Source of the DNA: Nymphaea colorata
Taxonomy: Eukaryota
Assembly: GCF_008831285.2 (NCBI RefSeq)
Contig: NC_045138.2
Span: forward strand, 26,226,001-26,290,000
Length of the DNA stretch: 64,000 nt
Direction of reading: 5' to 3'
Under the pieces are notes generated by a model, which was given only the letters and a program-made list of their open reading frames with translations, had not been told where the DNA came from and searched no databases. Positions 41,301-54,519 of the stretch are shown here, one piece after another (position 1 is the stretch's first letter; each line of letters begins with the position of its first letter). The translations under genes and the position numbers were made by a program.

Positions 41301-44300
41301 AATTGGTCCCTGTATATTAACAAACAAAGGTGCAGGGCTGTCCTTTCTCTCGTCAAGCTAGTGTACATCTTATTTTCCAGTATTGTTGAATTTTCTGTTT
41401 GGTGAGATTTTTATGCTGTATTTGGAACATTTCAACTTATAGTTCAAGCAAATTTTATATGTCAATTGGTTGTATATTGCAGTAGCTCTGTTTTGAATTG
41501 TTATTAGTGAGGCTATGAGCAACATTTCTTTTCAATAAATTCATTACCAGATTAAAACTAAATTTCATATATAATCATTTTATTTTGTAGCCTGTTGGTG
41601 TGGTTGGGGCAATCACTCCTTGGAACTTCCCTTTGGCTATGATCACAAGGAAGGTATGAAGCTACTGCTATCTTTTATAAAGAGAAGAGTCAAGGGATAT
41701 TCAAGTAATAATCCTTGGAATATCCTATGACCACTGTGATGGTTGCCTCCTTGGTCAATGTTTCATGAGGACATTAACTTGATAACTTGAAGACAATGGA
41801 TCACCTTCATAAAAGAAATGCCAAAATATTTTATGTTCAGATGTATATGTATATTAACTTTACAAATGCAGATTGGTCCTGCTCTTGCTTGTGGCTGCAC
41901 CGTTGTTGTTAAACCATCAGAGCTTACACCATTGACGGCATTAGCAGCAGCTGAACTTGCATTACAAGCTGGAATACCACCGGTAATCTCTCTCACTGAT
42001 CATCACTTTTCCATTTTAAGTTCAATAATTCAGGTTTTACTTATTCTAAATGTCTTGTATATCTGCTAAACCCACTGAATGTGAGGCGCTGTTAATATTT
42101 CACCATGACATTGGAGTTAGACCTTTGACTTTTTTTGTCAACAAATTTTTCACTAGATTTAAGTTGCATCTGTCTCTTGTCATGATAGAATAGTGTTTCA
42201 GGGCCATCATTCACACATTTTTGTTTACAATCTTTAAGAAGCTTATTGCCTTACCTTTCTTGAGAGTTGAGACCAGTAAGTTTTCATTTTGGCAATTTCT
42301 TTGTTGGATATGCACTTTTCAAGTCTGGGGTCTGGTTGTGTGGTCCAGTGGGTTATGCGATGTCATGCAAATGCAAGGTCTCATTTTGTACCCTTGCCTT
42401 AATTGTTTTTCTTTTTAAACCTATTGTAAGGGAATTGTCTCACATATCCACTGGTAAATGTCTAAATTCTGTGGAGTCCCTCTACCACTTGATCCCTATA
42501 TATACACACACACACACACACATTGTGTCTTTCTCTGCTTTACTGACCTCTTTGGTGAACTTGGGTTCTGCATAGGGTGCATTCAATGTTGTAATGGGCA
42601 ATGCTTCTGAGATTGGAGATACTTTACTGGCTAGTCCTCAGGTGGATCAAATATATTTTATTTATTCCTTTCTCTCTGATCTTTCTAAATTTGTTTTTTT
42701 CAAGAAGTATGGATCTTGTTGGTCTCATTAATTTTCAGTCAATTTATACTCTGTTCTTGTTGTCTTGCTAGGTAAGAAAGATCACATTCACAGGCTCAAC
42801 GGCTGTTGGAAAGAAACTAATGGCTGGTGCTGCAGAGACAGTTAAGAAGGTACGACTATTTCAAGTCTGAGCTTATCTAGCCGAAAGACTCTATGTTTAT
42901 GAAGTTATGAACACAAGTGAGATAGGTTACTAATTATGTATATAGAACTACTATATAGTGACTGTTTTCCTATGACTTCTAGAATTTGACCTTGCAGTTC
43001 AGGATATTATGCAACTTGGAGCTGCAGTTTGTCACATTACACTCATTTCGCTGTCATGTCTTACCGAGTTTAAATAACTATCAATGTGCAGAAAATTGTC
43101 AAGTCTCATGATCATTGGCAATTTCTTTCCTTGAAAAACATAATGTTGTTACTATTATTAGTCTTTCCTGATTAGGGCTCTTAAGTGAATCGGAACAGTT
43201 ATCCTGTTAAACTTTCAATAAGGACTCAGCTTTTCAGTGATAAATGTGAAGTTGCTTGTCTCTGTTGAATTTTGGAACTGCAAATGAAAATGCCAGAGCG
43301 ACTTGGTGGTGCTTATGTTAATATGCTTATTTATGTTAAAATCTGAAACTAAATACCTACGCCCCAACATTCATGTCACTCATTTTCTCCTCCTTACTTC
43401 AATCACATACTCTTTTTTCTCCTCCATCCATGTGCGTCTGCTGAATCATCATTACTGTAAAAACATAATACGGATTTTACAATAAATTTTTCTGCAATTC
43501 TCTTACTGGGAATTAAATTTCCCTTATCATCAACTAGAGCTGCAAAAAATATTATCTGAAGCAATGCATAGCACATGAATGACTTTGGACATGCAAAATA
43601 CAAAAAATTGTGGTATCACTTTAGTGACACAACATAGTCATACTGATGTTTGAGCTTTTTATGTCATGTCAACTTTTATGTTTACGTCACTTCGTTAATT
43701 TTACTTACTTTGCATCAATTGCTTAGCTTCACTGTTATTATGGCCTAGCTTTCTGATAATTCTTCTGAAAAATTGGTCATCACTTTTTTTTGGTTGGAGG
43801 GTCTTGCAAGATACCTGAAGCTATTCTGCCACAACATGGTTACTTCTTTTCCAGGTGTCCTTGGAACTTGGTGGGAATGCTCCTTGTATTGTATTTGATG
43901 ATGCTGAACTGGATGTTGCAGTTAAAGGAGCTGTAAGTTATTTGACTTCTATTTCATTTCCTCCATTATTGCAGGAGCTACACTTTGTTGGTTAAACTTG
44001 GAAATTTAGAAAGCTATAATAAACATCAGATGTGCCCTTTGTTCCTTTTTTTTTTTCTGGATTTGGATTCTCACTCTTTCTCATGGATTCTGAATGCACA
44101 CACATATACATATGTATGTGTGGGTATTTGCATAAATATTTTCTGCATACACACACACACATACATATGCATTTGTGCAGACCAGAACACCATAGGTACT
44201 TATTTTTGGTATTGCTTATATTTTAGGAATTCTCTCTCCTCTCTCTCTCTCTCTCTCTCTGTAGACACACACACACATACACACTCACACACATTTCTGC

Positions 44301-46221
44301 CTATATGTAAGCAGGAATATGCTAAAATTTCACCTACCATGGTGATATTATATTCAGTAGGTGAAATGTGGTTATCTTGACTTGAAATGATATTTTATGT
44401 TTTTAGTATTTTTATCAGTTTAGTATTTTAGACCTCTTATTGATTTTATTTTAGTCAACCGACTCGGACCAACTCGGGCTGTCTGGATCCGACTAGTCTT
44501 TTAAGTTCCTTGACCAGCATGTGCTCAATTTCTGATTTTGACAACTAAGGTTAAAATTGTTGGTGCTCTCCAATGAGAACATAGATTGGACTGCCAAACC
44601 CTTAGTGAAACTTTGACAAGCATCGTAGGATTTCCGGGCTTAACTAGAAACTATCTCATGGCTCAGATAGGCTTGATGGACCTTGAGGTTGAAGGAAAAG
44701 CACTGACAACCTTTAAAAAATCTGTAGGTAGAGAGTGATTCATATACAAAAGCCAAGATGATATCACAGAAGTAGAAACATATTTACTGTAAAATGTATC
44801 ATGTTTAATGTAAACATTCCAAGTATGATGCAAATACATGTACTACCATGCACTATCTTGGCAGTATGGCACAATTGCATGTGCTGTCATGGACCTGTAG
44901 TCAGTGCTCTAATTGTTAAAGAAACCTGCCATGACAATCTACAGGGCTTATATAATTTTGTTTTCTCTTATTCATTCTCGAGGCAAGATAACCCATTTTC
45001 TGTCTGTACAAAGTGTAGTTTGTTGTTTGATCATTTGTGTCTATGGACCAAAGATAACAGGCAACTTGACTTTTAAGGTAGATTCAGATTGGTGTTTGGC
45101 TTCATCTTGAATGATCAAGTACATTTGATGGCCTGAAAAGGCTTGACCAATTCAAACCATAGAAGTAATTGTCCAGCTGCATCATCATTTGTCTTCAAAA
45201 TCTCAATGAAATCTGGGCAAAGGCATCAATGGGTATAAAAACAATAATCTGTGGCACCAGTAGTATGATCTCCCTTAAATTAAATAAACAAATATACACT
45301 CATCTCATATTCTTTCTGGAAGTAATTTCAACAGCAACGATCTAAAAACATGCTTAATTACATCTAAGGCCATGCTTTAGTCATGGACTGACATACATCT
45401 CCCAAGGCATGAATGCTAATATAAGCATAAAAGAAAAGTCTGCAAATCATTAAGTTGGCATGGATGTTGTCACTCTCCATTGTTTGGTAGCTTGATGACC
45501 AAATGCTGCTTAGGTTTCTTGGTTTTAAAAGCCACACATCTATGTGCATGCATCTGCACTGCATAAAGTAGCCTTCCGCATCTAGTGAACTATTTTGCAT
45601 TTTCTTCTTTAACACTCTGTGTTATCTACCCTGCTTCTAAGCTGTTGTTCATTTTATCTTAATGTGTTCTTGTTTTACAGCTTGCTGCAAAATTTCGTAA
45701 TAGTGGTCAGACCTGTGTATGTGCTAACAGGATACTAGTACAAGAAGGTTGGTAAACTCAAATTGTTATTAATTGATCTATTGATAGATAGGGATATTTT
45801 ATCATGTCTTCCTTCCTCCCCCTGGGACCCCCACAAAAGACCATGTTTACAAATCATAGGTCAGTGACCTATTCCCTTGAAGAAATATCACATTTATAAG
45901 TGTCTTGTATGTGTTTTTGTTGTCTGAATCAATCACAAACTCTGACCATATTTTCGAAGTTTCCTTGTTTCAAAATAGAATAGAATGAAAAACTGCAAAA
46001 TATTGCGATATTCTGAAATTGTTGCCAACTTGATGGTCCCACAATAATATTAAGATTTATTTTAAACAGAAACCCTTTGTAATGTATTTATAAACTTTTT
46101 CCATTTTTTATTTTTTTTAACATCTTAAAAACTACTTTGTATATTTATTGATATTTTTTTGAAAAAAATTAATAGAGAACTCTTAAGTTCATACTTGTAT
46201 ATATATATGTATATATATATG

Positions 46222-46264
<43 letters not shown>

Positions 46265-49200
46265 TTGTTTCTTTAATTTTTCGAATTCCTAAGAATTTCC
46301 TTAGAGAAACAACTTTCACTGAAAAATACCTGAGAAAGACGTGGTCTCCAAGAATGATACAATGGTAAAAAGTATAGTGAAGGACTAGTGAATTGACTAT
46401 GTTATGTGTGGATCTGATGTTAGATTTGGAAAGTTGAAACGTTGAAAGTTTTTACCGTGTTAATTTTTGTCAAATTTAAAATTTTTACATTTTTACTGTT
46501 GTTTTTAACCATGAATATCGGGAAAGCTCTGACATAGAGTTTTTATGGGATAGGTTATACCGACTTATTTTTCGTATCTAAATAACTCGTGATTTTTTTA
46601 GGGGCAAGATCGTTTCTCATGTATATGTCTGCAGTAACCTTCTTTCTTGTATCCCCCTTCCACCCTCTTTTTATATTTACCCACACAAACAGACACACAC
46701 AAATACACTGGGACAACATAAATGCGTGAGACTGGAAACGATGAGCATCATGTGTATATACTTTTTTTTTTCTTTTCACTATTATGGTTGGATCTAGAGT
46801 TATGGTTCACAATAAATTTCTAGTTTGAAGGCTATTCATCTAATTTAAGTCTATGCCTGTTTTTGCCATGTGGCTAGATTTCCCTGGAGTATATAATTTT
46901 CAAGCATATTTCTTTTGGCCCTTGAGGTTGATTGACTTGGTTTTTACAGGTATTTACGAAAAGTTTGCAAATGCTTTTGCTGATGCTGTACAACAGCTGC
47001 AAGTAGGGAATGGATTGACGGAAGGTGTTGCCCAGGTTTTGTAATTTTATCCTTTATCCTTTTTATTAGTCATCTATGGTGCTAGAGGCATTTAGTGCAT
47101 TAAAATTCTTAGCTTCAATCTTATTTATATTAATTTTGATTTTTCTATTCATGATGTGTCTTGTTGGAACTTGAAAGTTTCTTTCTAGCAGTCATGCATG
47201 TGGGTGTTTATGTTTACCACCTTTTTAATATAGGTGGGAATCAACTTTTATGCCTAAGATGGACAAAGTAAGTCAAAATCTTGTGAAAACTTGATTTCTC
47301 ACAAATTATTTGGTTATTTAACTATGGAAAACACTCCTTATCTGCATTTTGCCTGCTTATCGCCTTGTCGTTTCTCCATCATCTAAGACTGGTACCATAT
47401 GAACAGGAGTAAGAGCAAAGAAGAAAACTTTGGATGCATGTCAGTCATGTTAGTTTTTTTCCTTTTTTTTACCATTATCTATCTCATGTCATATGGAAAT
47501 GTTGTTTATTTTAATATAATTCATTCTAGTGCATTCAGATGAATCTATTTTCCAAATGATTAGCTTCTAGGCAATTCAATCTCAGAAACATGCCAGTCAA
47601 AATTGTGTGTCTTTACTGATGGGCTGGCCTAAGATCAGGAAACTATGTGTACAAACTGCATTAACATGAACGTGCATGCTATTTTTGGCTTCTTTGTGAT
47701 AAGGTCACATATGAGGCTAAATATTTGGAAGAGAACATCCTTCTAGATTATGTTGTTCATGCTGATATCGACCATCTTACATGGGGAACTGTTAAGTGCA
47801 TATATCTACCTGTATGTTCAGGTGAAGTGCTATATTCAGGGATCACGAGAATCTGTTTGTGATATTTACTACATTCTTCAAACTTCTGTTTGGTGCTCAT
47901 TCTCTGCTTCCATGTATGAAAGTATACGTATGCATGGTCGAGGTGAATCAGTTTTTTGTTTTTGTCTTGGCCATGATGGTGGCATGAGCATCATTAGATC
48001 TACTCCTACGGCCTTACCTATATGGACAGTCTTTTGATCACATTCTATTTGAAACATTGACCAGGTCTTGTCTTGTCCTTGATTACTTTATTCATTCAAG
48101 TGCTTATCGTTCTGCTCCTAAAATGGAAATAGTGTGCACATAATCTCGTGATTATCACTTTTTTAAAATTTCTTCTGCTTCTTTCTTTAGGGTCCATTGA
48201 TCAATGAAGCTGCTGTACAAAAGGTGATTATTCAGGGTTCCGGTTAAGATGGTGGTTGTCGCTCTTATTCCTTTTCTTTTCCCTGATCTTGATGGGAGCA
48301 TTTGTTTAGTAAGATGATTTCCAATTTTTGGTTTTGTAGGTTGAATCATTTATACGTGATGCCACAAACAAGGTACAGTTTTCAGGCAATTTTTTTGGTT
48401 ATTATGTATTTTTCTGATACTCCCCACTGCTCTTTTGGGTGAATATGAATATTTTTCTGTAATAAGCCAGACCTAACTCGATTTCACTTTTGAGAAGGGT
48501 GCAAAAGTTTTGATTGGAGGAAAAAGGCATAGTCTTGGTATGACATTTTATGAACCAACAGTGCTGGGCAATACAAATACAGAAATGTTGATATCCAGGT
48601 AAATGGAGTTTTTTTTTTTGTTCTTTACAGTGTTTACACGAGGTTGTTTATGTATATATGAACCACCATTCTTCATTGACCCGTTTTTTGGCCTTACTCC
48701 TGCTGCAAACTGAGTGCCTTTTTGGATGGGTGTAGCCCTGAAAAATAGTTCTCTAGAAAATACTGCATTCATACAGATGGGAACACAAGATGAGAAGATT
48801 AATGTGAAGAGCAATATTGAAGCTATTTGAAGGAGAGAAAAATATAAAATATATCTCTCAATAACAAAAAAAGATTCACGGGGAACACCATTACTACAAA
48901 TGTTGGTGGTATTTGCAAGATATTGCAATAGTATCGCAGAAAATACTAAATGAAAAAATTATTGCGATATTTTTGAAATACCATATGATGTTTTTTGTGA
49001 TATTTCTCCAGAAAGCCATTTTTTATCATATTTTATGACTTTTGTGGGTTTCTTTTAACATTGTAATAGGTATTTTGAATTTTAATCGATGTTTCTGTAT
49101 GAAAATTAGTATAAAAACCTTTTCATAATTTTTCTATTACTTCGTGTCTAATTTTTAATTTCTTGAGTCCCTGAGATTTTCCAGAGACAAAACATGTTTT

Positions 49201-50465
49201 TCTGATTAATACTTGAGGAAAACCTTGCTCATAAAAATCCGCAAAAAATATTTGTGGCAATGGTGAAAACTACATTTGATTGTAAGTTTGTAACGAATAC
49301 CATTGCTTGTAGTGAATTTCATCTAATCTGACTGATGCAAATATCCTTATTTCATTTACAGGGAAGAAGTATTTGGACCTGTTGCACCTTTATTGCGTTT
49401 TAAGACGGAGGAGGAGGCTATTCATATGGCTAATGATACAAATGCAGGTATACTCCTCATCAACCTATAGACAAGCAGCAATGAAATTTCCGACTGTATA
49501 TAGAGTGCCATGCTACATCCTGGTAAAATGATGCAGTCTTTGTTTTACCCCCTTTGCTTGGGGTAAGACTCCAAAACTGAGACCTCTCAGTAACCTTTCA
49601 GCAGTTTTTCATGTCTAAGGAGTTTCTTCTTGAGGGTTGAGGCCTCTAGTTATCACTTCCCGAAGCCTTTCTTGTTACTACTTCTAGAACGATTAGAAAA
49701 AAGGGTTTTCCAAACATGTCTCGAGCACAAAATTGGAAAAAACCCTCCATATGATTTTGTGTCCAACTTTTTCTGAAACATTCTTGAGAGTGGGCATTCT
49801 TAATTTCTCTACTGCTGTCTAGTCTGCCGAAGGCTCAATTGATTTGTTAAAAGTCTGTGTCACATAAACGCAGCGCATGTCTGATGCACCCATCTCCCTC
49901 TGTAGCCTGAACAAGAATATTTAGCATTACTCTCTATCGGCACTTGTGTGGTATGCATCAAAATAAGGTTTTTAACTCTGACAAGCTCATGGTGTTTTAA
50001 TAAAGGGCATGGATAGTTATGAGAAACTTAGCCATTTTGCTCCTTGTTATTTACAGGACTAGCTGCATATGTTTTTACCAATGATATCTCACGGTCATGG
50101 CGGGTGACGGAAGCCCTTGAATATGGGTTGGTTGGTGTAAATGAAGGACTAGTTTCTACTGTGGTATGACATGTTCCCTTGTTACGGATAAAGAACTTGC
50201 ACTTTCAGTTCAGAGTATCTGAAGGGCAAAAGAGCATAATAAATCCACCTTTCTTGTTATGTAGGTGGCTCCATTCGGTGGATACAAACAATCAGGGCTT
50301 GGGCGAGAAGGTTCCAAGTATGGAATCGACGAGTACCTAGAGGTACAGTACTTGTGCTTGGCTGTTATTTGCACCAATTGGTTTCCCAGATTCAACCATC
50401 ACAACATTGATTTTCTATTGATGCAGCTGAAATACGTATGCCTCGGGAACATGAAGAGCGCATGA
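37288..50465 (+). CDS. ALDH5F1: Succinate-semialdehyde dehydrogenase, mitochondrial, 20 exons, ~522 aa
   Basis: Exons 37288-37368 (GC donor), 37895-38008, 38522-38621, 38905-38953, 40042-40129, 40573-40683, 41591-41653, 41872-41982, 42576-42641, 42772-42849, 43855-43932, 45681-45747, 46950-47035, 48191-48223, 48340-48372, 48498-48598, 49362-49447, 50057-50163, 50265-50342, 50427-50465 total 1569 nt in frame. Motifs [31 protein letters not shown] (catalytic Glu), [14 protein letters not shown] (catalytic Cys), [25 protein letters not shown]. Confidence 0.95.
46198..46264. repeat. Interrupted (TA)n microsatellite in an SSADH intron
   Basis: TA run with a few TG/AC interruptions. Confidence 0.9.
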
Positions 50466-50544
50466 AGCTGTTCTATGCCTTCTGCAATTTGTGATCCTGC
50501 GATTCAGTGCGGTAGAGAGGCGCAGCAGGGGGTGGGAGTTAATA

Positions 50545-50547
<3 letters not shown>

Positions 50548-50579
<32 letters not shown>

Positions 50580-50716
50580 CAATAATCTGTATGCGGAACA
50601 GATTTCTTGGTTTTGTAGTTGGATCGACCTTTGAAGCCTGATCTCGGACTAAAATTCTGCAAATTAAACATCGAACCTGAACTAGCTGTATAGTTCCACA
50701 AATTAAAGTAGCTAGA

Positions 50717-50756
<40 letters not shown>
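50548..50756. repeat. Two (GA)n microsatellites downstream of the SSADH stop
   Basis: GA runs at ~50548-50576 and ~50720-50756. Confidence 0.9.
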
Positions 50757-50761
<5 letters not shown>

Positions 50762-52123
50762 CTCATTCGGCTTGTCGTGAAAAAAACGTCCCTGTCCATC
50801 AAGCTTATGATCAGATCTGAAAGACCAGCTCACTGAAATAATTGTAAGAAGAATGCGAAAGGAAAAAATCTGAACAACAAAGAAATATGGGGCGAGCGAG
50901 ATAGAGATTGAGCAGTTTTTTATCATTCGCAACGATTTTATGGACAAAGAAAGAAACACCAAAAAAATCAAAACAAAAAAGATTACGAAGCAAGGCTGGA
51001 GCGGGAGGGTTGCGCGGCTCTGATACATACCTGCCTATCTTATTTCCTTTCAACATAAAAGGCAATTTAAATACATAGATTGCCTTTGAACCTCTTTTTC
51101 GATCATGGGTGCAAAGTCACAGGGTACTTTCAGTTAATATTTGAATGCTAATGCCTTCTAATGCCTTTCGATTCTTGATCCTGAATGAAATGACTTTCCC
51201 ATCTGACGCTGATCATCGTTTTCCTTCCCTGGTGGGCCGGTGGCCCTGCGCCTCTCACGCGGCAGCCACCTGGCCAACATCTTTGCCGTGTTCGGGTTGG
51301 TGATGGCCGCCGAGCATGTTGGCGGCGCGATTGCCCAACACGAGGGGACGTGCCTACTGCCGGAACATGGATGAACAGGTGGAATTCAGGGAGAGAGGCG
51401 ATTCTTGGCCAAGCTGCGGGGAAGATTGTTCAACTTCATTTCATCCCCGTGGCAGCTTCTTCTAGCAATGGTGCAAGTTCTATCTGTATATCTTGTATAG
51501 AGATATTTGTTTTCTGCTGAAGACGGCTGAAGATCGACATTGTCGCATCTCATTTCACGAAGGTTTCACATTTCATGAACCAACGACAAACATGCAGTAC
51601 AATTACAGAGAAATTGCTATCTATTCAGGTAAAGCCAAGAAAAACTATAAAAAGGTGCCTAACGTTTGGGCAAATAACAACTTGCAGCTCAACCTTTAAA
51701 CATGAACAAGAAAACACTCAGCATTTGAGAGAAATTATGGAAAAAGCACTTAGTGATTAGAAAAATTAGCTTTTGACATAAAATGACAAAAGTACCGTAT
51801 GTGGGATAAATAATCATACTTCCCTATTTATCTTGCCCCTTAATGCCTTCTGGCTCTTGAATACAATGAAAGAATGATGTTTCTTATAGCTTTGTGGTCT
51901 TAATCACTACATAGAGAGATATTACTCAGGAGGCATAACATGATATTTATATATCTATAGATTAAAACAGATCTTCTCTAGGAAGAGGATTGGCGGCAGA
52001 AGCACAAAGTCCTTTTGAGGGGTTTATGCTCTGCGATGAATTGAAAAAGGAAAAAGGGAAAGATCTTAAACAAAAGAAGAGGAAAAAAGAAAAATTGTGT
52101 CAAGCAAGTTGACAGTGAACGGA

Positions 52124-53703
52124 TCATGGAGTGGCGGTTCTGTCGTGTCCTCGCACCACGTCCCTGCATTCCTGCTCCTCCATGGTGTCGCAGAAGGTAC
52201 AGCCCTTCGTCTCCGGCAGGCACACCACGAACAGCCCGCAGACGATGATCACCCCCCGAATGCCCCGAAGCAGACGATGCTCTCCTTCCTCCCCGCCACC
52301 ACCAGCATGGGGCTGAACACGCCGCCGAGCACCAGCGCCTGCCTCAGCATCGACACCGCCGAGTTCCTCACGCTCGTCGGAAACAACTCCAGGCAGTATA
52401 TCATGATCACGGTGAAGGCGGTGCAGGCGCAGAAGAAGGAGACGACCTCTGCTATCATCTGCACACCTTTCCCCATCAGCACGCACGCCACGCTCAGCAC
52501 CCCGCTCGCCAGCGTGAACGCCACCACCGCCGTCCTCCGGTTCATCTTCGAGATGAGGAAGAACGTCAGCAGCGCCGACGGCAGCTCCGACAGGGCGTTG
52601 AACGTCACGCTCAGGTAGAGGTTGAAGTCCAGGTCGCCGACGGCCAGCGGCATGCCGTAGTACACCAGCCCGATGCCGAAACCGGCGATCATTACCGCCG
52701 TCAACCTCCTGAACGCCCACGGCTTCTGCCACAGGACCATCAGCGCCGAGTAGATGTTGCCGCTGCCAGCTCCGTCCTTTTCTCCGGCCAGGTAGCACAG
52801 CCCGACCGTCAACGAGAAGTCGTCGGCCATGCCGTTCCTCCTCGCAATGCGCCTCAGCGTGTCCACCGCTTCGCCCTCCCTCCCCTTTACGATGAGCCAT
52901 CTCGGGGACTCGAACACGAGGAAGCGGACCAGGAGGGAGTAGAGCAGCGTGGGGACGGAGACAACGAGGTAGATGAGCCTCCACGTCTCCGTTCTCAGCA
53001 AGTAAGCCGACACCGGGAGGGAAAGGAAGCCAAACGTGAAGCAGACGAAGCCGAAGATCCCGACCTCGCCGCGCCACCGCTTGCCCACGAACTCCGTCGA
53101 CAGCACGAGCGCGGAGGTCCCGACGGTCGCACGGGCGACGCCGCCGACGAACCTGGCGGCAGAGTAGAACCATATGTTGGGAGAGGCGGCGGTGAGGATG
53201 CCGGACAGGCCCATGGCGAAGGTGGAGAGGAAGAGCATCTTGTGCCGGCCGAGGGTGGAGTCGGCGAGAGTGGCCAGCACGAGGCCGCCGACGAGGCAGC
53301 CCATGAAGAAGGCAGAAGGAGGGAGTCCGGCGAGGACGGGATTCACAGAGCACGTGAGATTCCACTGGGAAACAATGGAGGCATGAGCGGGGCTGTCCCA
53401 GGACCAGAGGGAGGAGTCCATGGAGCAGATGGAGGAAGAAGGGGAGCAGGTGCCGGCGGCGGCGGAGTCAGGGGAGCAGTGCCATTTGGGCTCGGCGTCC
53501 GTGAAGATGTTGATGAAGGTGTACTGGGCATCGAAGATCCATGCACATGAAACCAGGAAAGCTTGGAACATCTGCGCGAGGCCGAACCCACCGATGTGCT
53601 GCTCTATGACGTCGTCTAGAGAAGAAGGGTCCTCCTTGGGGAGGAGAGGCTCTGAAACAGGAAGAAGATCAGCAGGTAGGGGAGCATGAGATGGCGGCGC
53701 CAT
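52124..53703 (-). CDS. OCT: Organic cation/carnitine transporter (MFS, OCT2/3-like), intronless; 1-nt frameshift at ~52252-52257 in this sequence
   Basis: ORF 53703-52249 has WIFDAQ.TFI.IFTD, SIVSQWNL.C, LADSTLGR, STEFVGKRWRG, ESPRWL, YYGMPL and ELFPTSVRNSA. The C-terminus (VIIVCGLFVVCLPETKG...CDTMEEQE, stop at 52124) lies in another frame; adding one base gives ~526 aa. Confidence 0.9.
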
Positions 53704-53770
53704 TAGTGGCCTTGGTCGAGTCTAGTTTGTCACTTCGACTTCAAGCTGATCATGGGGAGTGTAGATTCTG

Positions 53771-53780
53771 GTATTTATAG
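53771..53780 (-). promoter_or_regulatory. Putative TATA box of the OCT gene
   Basis: CTATAAATAC on the minus strand ~70 nt upstream of the OCT ATG. Confidence 0.55.
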
Positions 53781-54519
53781 TCCTTTTTCTTGGAAATTTC
53801 TTCTTCACAAGGCTGTTCTTCAATGAGACAAGGAAAGAAGATAGAGAGAACTGACGACGAGAGACAGGCTGTGCTTACGTGGGGATGTTTTGGAAGCATG
53901 CAAATTGCAGAGTTTGGCTGGACTGCCATTAGTGAAGAGACGCGGACCTTATGGATTCGAGTCGGGTACCCCGAGTTGGCACTCTTTCCTCAGATCGAGT
54001 TGCTGCAGGCAATAGATATACAGTGGAAAGAGGAAGAAGAAAAAACTGTTTGAAATATTTTAGAATTTCTTTACAAAAATTTGTACATTTTAAATTTTTA
54101 ATATTTTCATAATTTCATTTTAAATGTTTTTTAAAATCTTTTTCAAGATATTTTGATCATTATAATCTTTTTTGTGCACATAACCAATTTTGCTCTTTTT
54201 CTATTTTATAATTTGAAGACTTGCAATTACTTCATTTTAACTTGTAAAGTAATAACTTCTACAGTAACTTATATAATAATAATACTTTCCACAGTCTGTA
54301 AAAGAATAATAGAGAGTGGGGTGGGGACCCACTCTTGGTAAGGCCACCAACACATGACTGATCAATGGTACATAGTTGAACTCCTTCTATCCTCAATTTT
54401 TTTTAAAGTGCTATTTTTTCCTTCAAGCCCCATATATTTGATGATAATGAATTGGGTGGAATCATATAAAAGTTGTGCATTTTTGTTTTCAAAGTTGACA
54501 AAAGTTAGTACAAGATTAG

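Noticed and set aside
52260..53365. 413-aa alternative-frame ORF within OCT as a separate gene
   Set aside because: Only its last ~42 codons are the true OCT tail; the rest is an Arg/Gly-rich off-frame reading.
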